A stretch of DNA of 64,000 nt from Prochlorococcus sp. AG-388-E21 (GTDB lineage Bacteria; Cyanobacteriota; Cyanobacteriia; PCC-6307; Cyanobiaceae), in assembly GCA_003279855.1 (NCBI GenBank), contig QCGO01000005.1, forward strand, positions 31,190 to 95,189, in the 5' to 3' direction. The position numbers and the translations under genes are program-made. Below the pieces are notes generated by a model, which saw only the letters and a list, made by a program, of their open reading frames with translations, was not told the DNA's origin and made no database searches. Shown piece by piece: positions 34,102 through 46,006 of this stretch. Position 1 is the first letter of the stretch. Each line of letters opens with the position of its first letter.

Positions 34102-34152
34102 CAGTTCTATATACCCCTTTTTTAAAGATTATACTTTATTACTCTTTTACTA

Positions 34153-35025
34153 CTAAGCAGCAGTAGAAGAAGTTTCTGAAACCTCAAGATTTTCAATAGG
34201 TAATTGAGCTAATTCTCCATCTGGAATAATCCTTTTAATTTGTATTGGCCCATAAAGAGAATATTGTTGTTTTAATTCAATTTTATTTTCTGATGATAAA
34301 AATAACAAAGCCCAAAATATACCTAGTCTGTCTTTATCTAAATCACTTTTTACTACTGTCTGCCATTTATTAACTAAATATTCAAAATCAGTCCATTGTA
34401 ATGCCTTTTCCCAGCCATCAAGAAACTTGCCAAGTGCTTTAGTTGTTTCAGGTAGCTTTTCACGATGTGCTAAAGATTGAACTTTAGAGATCAAAACCTT
34501 ATCAGAATATTTTTTATTTCTTTTCCTTTTCGTAAGCAAAAGATCCTGAGTTTCAATTATTTCTGCAATAGACTCTAACTGACTAACAAGTTCTCCTAAT
34601 GTAGATGTACGTTTAATAATGGGTTGAGCTACAGATCTTCTTCTAAGATATTTTTCAGGATATTTTGGCATGTCAAATCCTTGACTAATCCATTCTTGAT
34701 TATCCATCCCAATTTCTTCTTCATAACCTAATGTTTCTTCTTGAAATACATCAGATTCTAAAACTTGAGCTTTTAAATTAACTAATACAGAGGCTGCAAA
34801 AAATGCTTCACTTGTCTCAGATAAGTCTTTTTGATATGAAATTTGATTATTAGATGAATATTGCAAATTATGATTAAACTGCTCTAAAAAACTATCGATA
34901 ACACTTATAACATCTATATCCCATGGATCAAGATCACCCCTTCCAGCTGCATCTTGAAGGAATTTTATAAGTAATCTAGGTCCTAGCTGTGACCCATCAA
35001 TAGAATGAGAATTAGTTACTTTAAT
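34153..35025 (-). CDS. scpA: Segregation/condensation protein A (kleisin); true start uncertain
   Basis: The frame is open from 35040 and contains LIKFLQDAAGRGDLDPWDIDVISVID, AFFAASVLVNLKA and FWALLFL. First canonical start (TTG 34866) lies downstream of the conserved N-terminus; 35025 (ATT) is provisional. Confidence 0.85.
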   Translation of the reverse strand: MKVTNSHSIDGSQLGPRLLIKFLQDAAGRGDLDPWDIDVISVIDSFLEQFNHNLQYSSNNQISYQKDLSETSEAFFAASVLVNLKAQVLESDVFQEETLGYEEEIGMDNQEWISQGFDMPKYPEKYLRRRSVAQPIIKRTSTLGELVSQLESIAEIIETQDLLLTKRKRNKKYSDKVLISKVQSLAHREKLPETTKALGKFLDGWEKALQWTDFEYLVNKWQTVVKSDLDKDRLGIFWALLFLSSENKIELKQQYSLYGPIQIKRIIPDGELAQLPIENLEVSETSSTAA

Positions 35026-35096
35026 TAGATATAATCTTTTTCAAGATATCTTCATATCAATTGTTATGCCAAAAAATAATAAACATGTTAAGAAAA

Positions 35097-36737
35097 TTAT
35101 ATAGTTGGTGCTTTTAATATTTGATTTGATTTATTTCCAGCAAAAACATTTGTCTTTGGTAGGCTTTTAACAGCATTTAGATCTCTATCAACCAAGTTAT
35201 TTATTGTAGCCAAATAACTTTCTGTAACTAACCTTGGATATAAACCTATCCCGATAATTGGTAAGAGTAAACAGGCTATGATGTATATCTCTCTTGGCTC
35301 TGCATCAATTAAATTCTTATCTTCAGTTAACTTTGGATTTTCTTTACCAAAGAAAATCTCACGTAACATTGACAGTAAATAAATTGGGGTAAGTATTACC
35401 CCTATTGCAGCTAAAGAAGCCATTATTATTCTAAAAGGCAAAGTATAAACTTCATCCGTAACAAATCCAGTAAATACCATTAACTCAGAAACAAATCCAC
35501 TCATACCTGGTAAGGCAAGAGAAGCAAGGGAGCAGGCAGTCCATAATGCAAACATAATACGCATTTTTTGTCCTACTCCACCCATTTCATCTAGCTTTAG
35601 AGTCTTTGTTCTGTCATAAGTTGCCCCAACAAGAAAAAATAAACTTGCACCAATTAGTCCATGACTAACCATTTGCAACATCGCGCCACTTGTCCCAAGA
35701 CTACTAAAACTTCCTATTCCAATTAAGACAAAACCCATATGACTTATTGAACTATAAGCAATTTTCCTTTTAAGATTTCTTTGTGCAAATGATGTTAATG
35801 CAGCATAAATTATATTAACTACTCCAAGAACTATTAATAGTGGAGAGAATTGAGCATGTGCAATAGGTAATAATTGTGCATTAAATCTTAAAAGAGCATA
35901 TCCACCCATCTTCAATAAAATACCCGCCAATAACATATGCACAGGTGCTGTAGCCTCCCCATGAGCATCAGGAAGCCAAGTATGCAAAGGGACAATTGGG
36001 AGTTTCACACCAAAAGCAATTAATAAAGCTATATAACAAAGGATTTGAAAGTTTTGACCAAAATCTTGATTAGCCAAATGAGAAAACTCAAAGTTTGGAA
36101 CTTCAGTCCCATAAAAACCCATTGCCAATGCAGCTAAAAGGATAAAGATAGAACTCCCAGCTGTATAGATGATGAATTTTGTAGCTGCATATTGTCTATT
36201 TTTTCCTCCCCAGATAGCTAAAAGTAAATATACTGGTAAAAGTTCCAGCTCCCAACTTAAAAAGAATAAGAGCATATCTTGAACGGCAAAAACAGCTATT
36301 TGTCCTCCATCCATGATAAGTATTAAAAAGAAAAATAATTTGGGTTTAAACTTTACAGGCCATGCAGCTAAGACAGCTAGGGCTGTTATAAAACTAGTTA
36401 ATAATATAAGAGGCATTGAAATTCCATCAGCTCCGACTGACCAAGTAAGGCCTAGCTTTGGAAGCCAATTTATACTTTCTTTAAGTTGAACGTTTTCATT
36501 GTTGATATCAAAACCGTTTATATAAGATCCTACAGTTACCAGAAAAGTAATTAAAGCAATACTTAAAGCGAACCATCTTACTTGTTTACCCTCTCCTTTA
36601 TCAGGGAAAAAAGGTATCAAAAATGCGCTTCCAATAGGGAAAAGAATGGATACTGATAGCCAGGGAAAATCAGATAAACCTCCACCCAATGTTCCTATTG
36701 TTTGTAGTGCAAAAAGTGTAAAAAAATAGCTGCTCAA
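35097..36737 (-). CDS. ndhD: NDH-1 subunit 4 (NdhD1 type)
   Basis: [40 protein letters not shown]. Confidence 0.96.
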   Translation of the reverse strand: MSSYFFTLFALQTIGTLGGGLSDFPWLSVSILFPIGSAFLIPFFPDKGEGKQVRWFALSIALITFLVTVGSYINGFDINNENVQLKESINWLPKLGLTWSVGADGISMPLILLTSFITALAVLAAWPVKFKPKLFFFLILIMDGGQIAVFAVQDMLLFFLSWELELLPVYLLLAIWGGKNRQYAATKFIIYTAGSSIFILLAALAMGFYGTEVPNFEFSHLANQDFGQNFQILCYIALLIAFGVKLPIVPLHTWLPDAHGEATAPVHMLLAGILLKMGGYALLRFNAQLLPIAHAQFSPLLIVLGVVNIIYAALTSFAQRNLKRKIAYSSISHMGFVLIGIGSFSSLGTSGAMLQMVSHGLIGASLFFLVGATYDRTKTLKLDEMGGVGQKMRIMFALWTACSLASLALPGMSGFVSELMVFTGFVTDEVYTLPFRIIMASLAAIGVILTPIYLLSMLREIFFGKENPKLTEDKNLIDAEPREIYIIACLLLPIIGIGLYPRLVTESYLATINNLVDRDLNAVKSLPKTNVFAGNKSNQILKAPTI

Positions 36738-36821
36738 ATGAATAAGAAATTGATCTTAAATAAATTCTAGAAATTATCTAGATTTTTTCATCCCATGGAC
36801 AGTGAAGACACACATTTGTTA

Positions 36822-38837
36822 TTAAGTTACTTGGGGTGATTGGAAACCAAATATTGCTACCAACAAAATGACTCCTCCAAAAACTATAAGAGCATAGAAT
36901 TGAGCTCTACCGGTTTCAAAATACTTTAAACCCTCTCCACTTCCCAATGTTACAAGTCCAGTAAGATTTACCACTCCATCAACAACTTTGGAATCTACTT
37001 CTAAAACTTCTTTTGCAAGTTTTCTACTGCCTTTTACAAAAAGTTTTTCATTGATATCGTCTAAATACCATTTATTTGATAAAAACTTGTTAACAGATGG
37101 AAATCTTTGTGCAAATAATATTGATAAGTTAATTTTCTTAGCAAAATAAGCTTGATAAGCAATAGTTATACCTATTGTGGCAATAAAAACGGAGGCGATA
37201 GCTAGAGGTAAAAATTCTTGCAATTCAAAGGACTCTAAAGCAATCAATGCTTCTTCGGGGTCTAATAAGTTTGCAAATTTACTATCCCAAGGAAATCCCA
37301 TAAATCCTATTATTACTGAAGGTACCGCTAGAAAAACCAGTGGGAATGTCATAGACCAAGGTGACTCATGGAGTGAGCCATGTTCCTCTTCATGTTCTTC
37401 TTCTTCTATATTAATTTTCGAAGCTAATAAAAGTTCTTTTTGTAATTCCTTATTTTCCCCTCTGAAATCACCTTCAAAAGTTAAAAAATAAAGTCTAAAC
37501 ATATAAAAGGCAGTCATTCCAGCTGTTAAGAATCCTACAAACCAAAAAGCTGGAAATGAGATAAAAGCATTTCCCAAGATTTCATCTTTACTCCAAAACC
37601 CAGCTAAAGGAGGAATACCACTTATGGCTACGCAACCTATTAAAAAAGTTATAGAAGTAAAGGGCATTTTCTTTCTTAAACCTCCCATCAACCTCATATC
37701 TTGTGCAAGTACAGGTTGATGACCAACCACTTCTTCCATCGCATGAATTACTGAGCCGGATCCTAAAAACAACATTGCTTTGAAGCAAGCATGTGTTATT
37801 AAGTGAAAAATTCCTGCTACTGGAGCACCACAACCCATCGCAAGCATCATATAGCCGAGCTGAGAAACAGTACTATATGCCAAACCTTTTTTAAGATCCA
37901 TTTGGGTTAAAGCAATAGACGCACCTAAGAAACATGTAATAGTGCCAACTAAAGCAATAATGAATTGAATTGAAGGGAATAATGAGTAGAGAGGCTGGAG
38001 TCTTGCTACTAAGAATATTCCAGCAGCAACCATCGTCGCTGCATGAATAAGAGCTGAAATAGGAGTTGGTCCTTCCATGGCGTCTGGTAGCCATACATGA
38101 AGAGGAAATTGAGCAGATTTTGCCATAGGCCCTAAAAAGACTAAGAAACAAAGTAATAATGCAGCCCATACTGGCAATGAATTCTCTGAAACTGACTGTG
38201 ATACTCCTAAGGCAATTTGATTAAAGTCAAAGCTTTTTGTAGCCCAAAATAGGCCCAAAATTCCCAGTAATAATCCAAAGTCTCCCACTCTATTTACAAC
38301 AAAAGCTTTTTGAGCAGCATTTGCTGCACCATCTCTGTCGTACCAGAAACCAACTAGCAAGTAAGAACACATTCCTACTAATTCCCAAAAAACGTAAATT
38401 TCTAACAAGTTTGGACTAATAATTAATCCCATCATCGAACTACTGAAGAGTGCTAAATATGTAAAAAATCTTACGTAACCTTTATCATGAGCCATATAAC
38501 CATGAGAGTAAATCATGACTAATAATGTAATAGTGGTTACCAATGTAAGCATTACGCTTCCTAATGGGTCGAGAACAAATCCCATTGGTATTGTAAAATC
38601 TCCTGCACTTGCCCAAACAAATAATTTTTCTACTGATTGATAGCCATGTATTTGCTCAATTAATGTTTTATAACTAAGTACCGCAGAAACACCAACTAAT
38701 GACAAAAGACTGATCGAAACAATTTCTCTAGAATTATTGATTTTTTTATTCGCACATATTAAGCCCAAGCCAGAAAGCACCGCTCCAATAAGTGGAAAGA
38801 CAGGAATCAACCAGGCAATTTCTGAAGCTTGAGGCAT
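36822..38837 (-). CDS. ndhF: NDH-1 subunit 5 (NdhF1 type)
   Basis: FWELVG, VNRVGD, AKSAQFPLHVWLPDAMEGPTP, AYSTVSQLG. Confidence 0.97.
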   Translation of the reverse strand: MPQASEIAWLIPVFPLIGAVLSGLGLICANKKINNSREIVSISLLSLVGVSAVLSYKTLIEQIHGYQSVEKLFVWASAGDFTIPMGFVLDPLGSVMLTLVTTITLLVMIYSHGYMAHDKGYVRFFTYLALFSSSMMGLIISPNLLEIYVFWELVGMCSYLLVGFWYDRDGAANAAQKAFVVNRVGDFGLLLGILGLFWATKSFDFNQIALGVSQSVSENSLPVWAALLLCFLVFLGPMAKSAQFPLHVWLPDAMEGPTPISALIHAATMVAAGIFLVARLQPLYSLFPSIQFIIALVGTITCFLGASIALTQMDLKKGLAYSTVSQLGYMMLAMGCGAPVAGIFHLITHACFKAMLFLGSGSVIHAMEEVVGHQPVLAQDMRLMGGLRKKMPFTSITFLIGCVAISGIPPLAGFWSKDEILGNAFISFPAFWFVGFLTAGMTAFYMFRLYFLTFEGDFRGENKELQKELLLASKINIEEEEHEEEHGSLHESPWSMTFPLVFLAVPSVIIGFMGFPWDSKFANLLDPEEALIALESFELQEFLPLAIASVFIATIGITIAYQAYFAKKINLSILFAQRFPSVNKFLSNKWYLDDINEKLFVKGSRKLAKEVLEVDSKVVDGVVNLTGLVTLGSGEGLKYFETGRAQFYALIVFGGVILLVAIFGFQSPQVT

Positions 38838-38870
38838 TTTTAATAATATTTATACATTAATACTAAACTG

Positions 38871-39599
38871 CTAATTGAAAATTTTAGACATAAAAGATGA
38901 ATTAAATGTTGTAACAGCAATATTTATATATTTATGCGACCACCAGATTATTGCAATGGCTATTAATATCCCAAGTTGTGATAATTTAAAAAATTCTTTT
39001 AGGTTAATTTGCTGTCTTCCATCAAATATTGCGACAAATGGGATTACTGAGGTACTTTTTTTATACTTATAAAATTCTTCACCAAATTTAATTTCTAATC
39101 TTTTATCACCATGCCATATTGCAAAAAGGTGATGAAAAATTAGTCCTAGCGAAGTTATTAATGTAAACGATGTCCCAATCCATAATGTATGAGCAAAACA
39201 CCAAATAATTTGGCCAAATGCTTGCGGATGTCTTGTTATTCTCATTATTCCAGTCCCATATATCCTTACTTGTGGTTTTAAAACTGAAGGAATTTCTAAT
39301 AAATTATATGTTGCAGGATATAGAAATAAGAAACTGATAGCAGTTAAAATCCAAACCAACAAAAATACATAGTTATTACCCTGCAAATTCCATAATCTAA
39401 TGCCATCGTATCTATGAACTAAAAAATAACTAATTAAAATCACGGCAGATGGCAAACTTAAAGAAACAAAAAGCAATCTCCATAATCTTGGTCCCATAAC
39501 AGCCTCTGCTCTGCTTCTCAAAGCAGCACCTCCACTATGTATAACTGCAAAAATTAATATTAATCCCAAAATCAACAAAGAAGTTTTGTGAGTCTCCAT
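38871..39599 (-). CDS. NnrU-family membrane protein, probable 15-cis-zeta-carotene isomerase (Z-ISO)
   Basis: FAVIHSGGA, GIMRITRHPQ, HHLFAIWHGDKRL, TSVIPF. Confidence 0.78.
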   Translation of the reverse strand: METHKTSLLILGLILIFAVIHSGGAALRSRAEAVMGPRLWRLLFVSLSLPSAVILISYFLVHRYDGIRLWNLQGNNYVFLLVWILTAISFLFLYPATYNLLEIPSVLKPQVRIYGTGIMRITRHPQAFGQIIWCFAHTLWIGTSFTLITSLGLIFHHLFAIWHGDKRLEIKFGEEFYKYKKSTSVIPFVAIFDGRQQINLKEFFKLSQLGILIAIAIIWWSHKYINIAVTTFNSSFMSKIFN

Positions 39600-39624
39600 A
39601 TAATTTTAGAAATACAAGTTTTTC

Positions 39625-39639
39625 ATTATTAACAATAAT
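39625..39639. promoter_or_regulatory. Possible LysR-type T-N11-A operator (ATTATT-AAC-AATAAT) in the divergent nnrU/rbcR gap
   Basis: Inverted repeat is seen directly; operator role is inferred and weak in such an AT-rich genome. Confidence 0.22.
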
Positions 39640-39683
39640 ACCTTTAGGCATTAGAATTGTTATTAAATTGTAGGCATAAAATA

Positions 39684-40637
39684 ATGCCAGAATTACCTTT
39701 TACTCTTGACCAATTAAGAATATTAAAAGCTATTGCTGCTCAAGGAAGTTTTAAAAAGGCTGCTGATTTACTTTATGTAACTCAACCAGCTGTAAGTTTA
39801 CAAATTCAAAATTTAGAAAAACAACTTGAAATAACAATTTTTGATAGAGGTGGTAGAAAAGCACTTTTAACTGAAGGAGGTAAGCTTTTACTTGAATATT
39901 GCGAAAGAATCCTGAATCAATGTGATGAGGCTTGCAAAGCTATTGAAGACTTAAATAGTTTAAAAGGTGGAACACTCATAATTGGAGCTAGTCAAACTAC
40001 CGGTACCTACTTAATGCCAAGAATGATAGGGCTTTTTCGTCAAAAATATCCTGATGTATGTGTCCAACTACAGGTGCACAGTACTAGAAGAACAGGTTGG
40101 AGCGTTGCGAATGGTCAAATTGATTTGGCAATAATTGGAGGTCAATTGCCAAACGATCTAGAAAACTTATTACAAGTAATTCCATATGCAACTGATGAAT
40201 TAGCTCTTGTATTGCCACCAAAACACCCACTTGCCAACAAGAAAGAACTGATGAAAGAAGATTTATACAAACTAAATTTCGTCACATTAGATTCTCAATC
40301 AACAACCAGAAAAGTTGTTGATAAACTTTTAAAGGATTCTGGTCTTGATATTCAAAGATTAAAAATAGAAATGGAGTTAAATTCTCTTGAAGCAATTAAA
40401 AATGCAGTTCAATCTGGTCTTGGTGTTTCTTTTTTACCTGTTGTTTCTATTGAGAGAGAATTAGCAGGCGGGTCAATTCACAAACCCCATCTAGCTGATT
40501 TAGAGGTCAAAAGGGAGTTGAAATTAATTACAAATCCATCAAGATACACATCGAGAGCATCAGAAGTTTTTAAAAAATATATACTGCCTCAATTTGCAAG
40601 TTCTGAAAGCCCTTTAAGGCAACCTAACTCAATCTAA
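39684..40637 (+). CDS. rbcR: LysR-family regulator RbcR/Ycf30
   Basis: [32 protein letters not shown]; ATG 39684 preferred over TTG 39657. Confidence 0.88.
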   Translation: MPELPFTLDQLRILKAIAAQGSFKKAADLLYVTQPAVSLQIQNLEKQLEITIFDRGGRKALLTEGGKLLLEYCERILNQCDEACKAIEDLNSLKGGTLIIGASQTTGTYLMPRMIGLFRQKYPDVCVQLQVHSTRRTGWSVANGQIDLAIIGGQLPNDLENLLQVIPYATDELALVLPPKHPLANKKELMKEDLYKLNFVTLDSQSTTRKVVDKLLKDSGLDIQRLKIEMELNSLEAIKNAVQSGLGVSFLPVVSIERELAGGSIHKPHLADLEVKRELKLITNPSRYTSRASEVFKKYILPQFASSESPLRQPNSI

Positions 40638-41251
40638 AATTGAATAGCCTCCTTATTGATTCCCACCCCTCCATCTTCAGCTTGTCCATCTCCTTTGATA
40701 ATGAATTTATTCTCATTTACATCAGTCTGATAAACACACTTAACAATAGGCTTATCTCTTATTGACCCTATGTAAGCAAAAGTATTCATTCTTTGCTTAC
40801 ATTCTCTGACATCCTCATTACTTATAGCTCCTTGTTTTTGTAACACTGTCCAATTCTCCCTTCGAATAACGCAACCAGGTTGCAGTGCTGGTTGTGTCAC
40901 AAAACTAGTTGAAGGATTAAGTGTTGTATACATTTCTACATCAATCACAAAAGCACTGGCTCCCCATTGCCTACAAAATTCAGGGTCAGGAACAGCCATG
41001 TCTAATTGCTGTTGACTAGCTATATTTCCCTGCCCTCCATCTGTTGTACTGGTAATAGCACTCCCTATACCTACTCCTAGTATCAAAACTCCGGCGAGTA
41101 CAGCAATTGTTCCAGTGCTGAAATTATTTTTTTGTCCAGAGTTAGAAGGGGATATTCTTCTACCCCTCTGTGTATAGTTATCGCCATCTCTTGAGGAGTA
41201 AGAATTTTTGCCAGGGTCTCTTCTTTGACCCCTATTAGGATATCTATTCAC
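40634..41251 (-). CDS. Conserved cyanobacterial protein (DUF3172-like), one TM
   Basis: [31 protein letters not shown]. Confidence 0.75.
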   Translation of the reverse strand: MNRYPNRGQRRDPGKNSYSSRDGDNYTQRGRRISPSNSGQKNNFSTGTIAVLAGVLILGVGIGSAITSTTDGGQGNIASQQQLDMAVPDPEFCRQWGASAFVIDVEMYTTLNPSTSFVTQPALQPGCVIRRENWTVLQKQGAISNEDVRECKQRMNTFAYIGSIRDKPIVKCVYQTDVNENKFIIKGDGQAEDGGVGINKEAIQF

Positions 41252-41595
41252 AGTACTTCTTTGGTCTTAGGTAAACCCATTGAATAATTCATGACTCTAC
41301 ATTCAGGGTTATAGCTTAGTAATCCATTTTGAAGCAAATATTTGATTAAACCTTCAACTTCTGATCCTATTTTACGAAGTTCATAATCATCTAAATTTTT
41401 TCCTGCTCTTTCTTTAACAAGTTCAGTAAATTTTTGATTTACTTTTTTTAAGGAGTCTTCATTCCAAATGAATTCATTATCAGGATCTAAGTCGAGAGTT
41501 AATTTATTAGGATGGAATATTAAATCGTTATTAACCACATCGGCTGTAAATATTCTTACATGTCTTGTGGTTGACTTTAAGAGCATTTTTTCCAT
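41248..41595 (-). CDS. ndhM: NDH-1 subunit M
   Basis: [32 protein letters not shown]. Confidence 0.93.
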   Translation of the reverse strand: MEKMLLKSTTRHVRIFTADVVNNDLIFHPNKLTLDLDPDNEFIWNEDSLKKVNQKFTELVKERAGKNLDDYELRKIGSEVEGLIKYLLQNGLLSYNPECRVMNYSMGLPKTKEVL

Positions 41596-41658
41596 AATCT
41601 AAAAAATAATCAACAAAAAAAACAATTATGTCTTAACTTTAGGATAGCTTCTTAGTAA

Positions 41659-43107
<1,449 letters not shown>

Positions 43108-43127
43108 ACCTCAAGAATAAAACCTTT

Positions 43128-44036
43128 TTGAAAAATTCATTATCTCAACTTAATAAAGCATATGAAATATGCCAAAAAGAAACTCAAAAATGGGCTAAAA
43201 CTTTTTATTTAGGTACACTTTTATTACCGTACGAAAAAAGAAAAGCGATTTGGGCGATTTACGTTTGGTGCAGAAGAACTGATGAAATAATGGATAGCAT
43301 TGAAGCTTCAACCAAGACAACTGAGGAACTTTCCGATAATTTAAATGAATGGGAAGAAAACACAAAAAATGTTTTCAAAGGAAAAATACAATCAGATTTA
43401 GATGCTGTTCTTTTCGATACAATAGAAAAATTTCCACAGAATATAGAACCATACTTAGATATGATTGAGGGCCAGAGAATGGATCTTGAAAAATTTAGAT
43501 ACAAAAGTTTTTCTGAATTACAACTTTACTGTTATCGCGTCGCAGGGACAGTGGGATTAATGACCCAGAATGTAATGGGCATAGATAGTGCCTATACAAC
43601 AGCCCCCTGGAGCAACATGCCTGACTCCTCAGAAGCGGCGATAGCTCTAGGAATAGCAAATCAACTTACTAATATTTTAAGAGATGTTGGAGAGGATAGA
43701 CAAAGAGGGAGAATATATTTACCCCAGGATGATATGAATAAATTTAATTATTCTGAAGAAGAGTTGTTAAATGGAGTAATAAATAATCAGTGGAAGATGC
43801 TTATGAATTTTCAATTAACAAGAGCTCGGGATTGGTTCAAAAAATCTGAAGATGGCATTAAGTGGTTATCTGCAGATGCAAGATGGCCTGTCTGGACATC
43901 TTTACGCCTTTATAGAGGAATATTAGATTCTATTGAAAGATTAGATTATGATGTATTTAATAATAGAGCTTTTGTAAAAAATTCAGTAAAAGCTTTTGAG
44001 ATACCAATATCCTATTTAATTTCACGGATCAAATAG
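43128..44036 (+). CDS. crtB: Phytoene synthase
   Basis: YVWCRRTDE, YCYRVAGTVG, QLTNILRDVGED, GRIYLP. Confidence 0.96.
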   Translation: MKNSLSQLNKAYEICQKETQKWAKTFYLGTLLLPYEKRKAIWAIYVWCRRTDEIMDSIEASTKTTEELSDNLNEWEENTKNVFKGKIQSDLDAVLFDTIEKFPQNIEPYLDMIEGQRMDLEKFRYKSFSELQLYCYRVAGTVGLMTQNVMGIDSAYTTAPWSNMPDSSEAAIALGIANQLTNILRDVGEDRQRGRIYLPQDDMNKFNYSEEELLNGVINNQWKMLMNFQLTRARDWFKKSEDGIKWLSADARWPVWTSLRLYRGILDSIERLDYDVFNNRAFVKNSVKAFEIPISYLISRIK

Positions 44037-44062
44037 CTAAGCAGGGGCTTTCTGATTAGCTA
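44034..44062. terminator. Possible bidirectional hairpin at the abutting crtB/rbp stop codons
   Basis: TAGCTAA (44034-40) pairs with TTAGCTA (44056-62), plus a few inner pairs; no strong U tract. Confidence 0.25.
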
Positions 44063-44456
44063 ACAAATCTTTTAACTTTGAAAGTTCGCCAGCCCATCTT
44101 GGATCTGGGGCTTCAAGATTAGGTGCATCACTATGAACAATCTTCTTAAAATCTTTCCTCTTTTTGTTTTTATTAGAGCCTAAACTATTTCTCTTGTGTG
44201 AGGAAGAATCTTTCTTTTCTGAAAGTTCAACTCTCAATTTTGAGCCATTAAATTCAAAACCATTAAGCTTTTCGATTATTAAATTTGCATTTTGTTCATT
44301 ATTTGTTGTAGCAAAACCAAATCCTCTACATTCTTTTGTTTCTTTATCTAAAACAGCTTTAAATCTTATAGAATCTGATACTGTTTTTAAAAAACTATCA
44401 AATTCTTTTGGATTAAATACTTGTGGTAAATTGCCAATGTAAATACGAATGCTCAT
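44037..44456 (-). CDS. RRM RNA-binding protein (cyanobacterial Rbp family)
   Basis: RNP2 IYIGNL, RNP1 RGFGFAT, C-terminal PDPRWAGEL. Confidence 0.9.
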   Translation of the reverse strand: MSIRIYIGNLPQVFNPKEFDSFLKTVSDSIRFKAVLDKETKECRGFGFATTNNEQNANLIIEKLNGFEFNGSKLRVELSEKKDSSSHKRNSLGSNKNKKRKDFKKIVHSDAPNLEAPDPRWAGELSKLKDLLANQKAPA

Positions 44457-44514
44457 AAATTTTTAAAAAATAAATTGAAGTCTGAACTTTAAACAAAAAC
44501 TAAGCTATGTGTAT

Positions 44515-45762
44515 TTAATCACATTTTGGCGCATTTTGTTGAATCCATTGCTTTCCTTTATATATAGCTTCATCAAAATTATTCAATCTATTATATGCAA
44601 GCTCCATAGAAAGATAATGAATGACCTTCCCCAAAATAGGTCCATCTTCGATTTTTAAATATTTTTTTAAAATATCCCCTTTTATTAAATTCGATGGATG
44701 AAATAATTTATCATCTTTATCTCTCCATCTAGCTAGCCAATTTATATATGCTGTTTCTGGCAAAAAAAGAATAAAAGATGGAAGAATAGTTTCTAATTCT
44801 TGATGTAAATCAAATCTTTCTCTCTCATTAAATTTATAAATAGTTTGCATCTTCAATAAGAGATACCATTTTCTTAATAGCCTAATATTTGAAATTTCAG
44901 ATTTGCTAAATTTTAAATTTTTCAAAGAAAATTCGTCTAAAATTTGAACAAGATAGAATAATGGTAAAAATTTTTCCTTTTCAAATTTATTAAATTCTTC
45001 AAAATTAATTTTTTCTAAATCAAAAAATATCAAATTTTTTTCTGACTGTATATAGTCAAAAATTTTAAATTTATTTATTAAAGTTATCGCCTGAGATGCT
45101 TTTTTTCCTCTTACTATGCGTTGTATTTCATAATTAATTCTTTCATTAGCAACAAGTCTTAATTGATTTTTATTAGTTTTAATGTAATCTATTAAATTTT
45201 CATCGACATTAAAATCTAATTCAGAAATAAAACGAAAGCATCTTAAAATTCTTAATGGGTCATCCAATAAGTTCTGATTTGAATTAGTTCTCAAAAAAGC
45301 AAGCTGTAAATCTTTAATTCCATTTGATGGATCAATGAGAATTTTTTCTTCAAAAGAAAAAGCTATAGCATTTATAGAAAAATCTCGACTTAATAAATCA
45401 ATATCAATTGAAGGAGAGATTTGAGAAGCGATATCAATTGAGATATGTTTAAAAATAATTCTTACTACATCTCTTGCCTCATCAAGAATAATCAATTTAC
45501 CTTCAAATTTATCTGCAATTTTTTTACCAACATTAATAGCATTTTTTGGAACTAAAATATCAACATCTATTAATGAATTTAATCTTCCTAAAATTAAATC
45601 TCTTATATATCCACCTACTAAACAAGATCCAGAAGGTAAAGAAGATAAAATAAAATCCCAATTATAAAATTCTATACTTCTTTCTATTTCATTAATTATT
45701 AGTGTATGATCAATGGGAATATGATTTTTAAGATCTTCTTTCTTGATTATGTGCATTTGCAT
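44515..45762 (-). CDS. Class II tRNA nucleotidyltransferase (probably CC-adding type)
   Basis: LVGGYIRD..IDVD (DxD), DLLSRDFSINA, DDPLRILRCFRF, ERINYE. Confidence 0.85.
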   Translation of the reverse strand: MQMHIIKKEDLKNHIPIDHTLIINEIERSIEFYNWDFILSSLPSGSCLVGGYIRDLILGRLNSLIDVDILVPKNAINVGKKIADKFEGKLIILDEARDVVRIIFKHISIDIASQISPSIDIDLLSRDFSINAIAFSFEEKILIDPSNGIKDLQLAFLRTNSNQNLLDDPLRILRCFRFISELDFNVDENLIDYIKTNKNQLRLVANERINYEIQRIVRGKKASQAITLINKFKIFDYIQSEKNLIFFDLEKINFEEFNKFEKEKFLPLFYLVQILDEFSLKNLKFSKSEISNIRLLRKWYLLLKMQTIYKFNERERFDLHQELETILPSFILFLPETAYINWLARWRDKDDKLFHPSNLIKGDILKKYLKIEDGPILGKVIHYLSMELAYNRLNNFDEAIYKGKQWIQQNAPKCD

Positions 45763-46000
45763 TAACTGTAAATTAGTTGATAGATGTATGACATATCATG
45801 ATGTTGAAAAAAATCATGGTGTTGATCACATTTGTGATATTCCTAACTTTAAACCAAAAAAACCTTACATTCACGTAAGTATAATCAAAGATTTAAATGG
45901 CGATTTTAAAACTGATTGGGATGTTCAGTCTTGTTCAAGTTTTTCAGAAGAAGCTGGAAAGTGGTCTAAATGTAGGCCAGGTTTAGAACTACCTACTTAA
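45749..46000 (+). CDS. ycf34: Ycf34 family small Fe-S protein
   Basis: MCICINC..C..YH.VE..H and WDVQSC; ATG 45749. Confidence 0.88.
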   Translation: MCICINCKLVDRCMTYHDVEKNHGVDHICDIPNFKPKKPYIHVSIIKDLNGDFKTDWDVQSCSSFSEEAGKWSKCRPGLELPT

Positions 46001-46006
46001 AGGTAA

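Noticed and set aside
32174-39072. ORFs 32174-32380, 32609-32791, 37177-37491, 37588-37833, 37891-38169 and 38875-39072
   Set aside because: Shadows of metF, ndhF and the NnrU-family gene.
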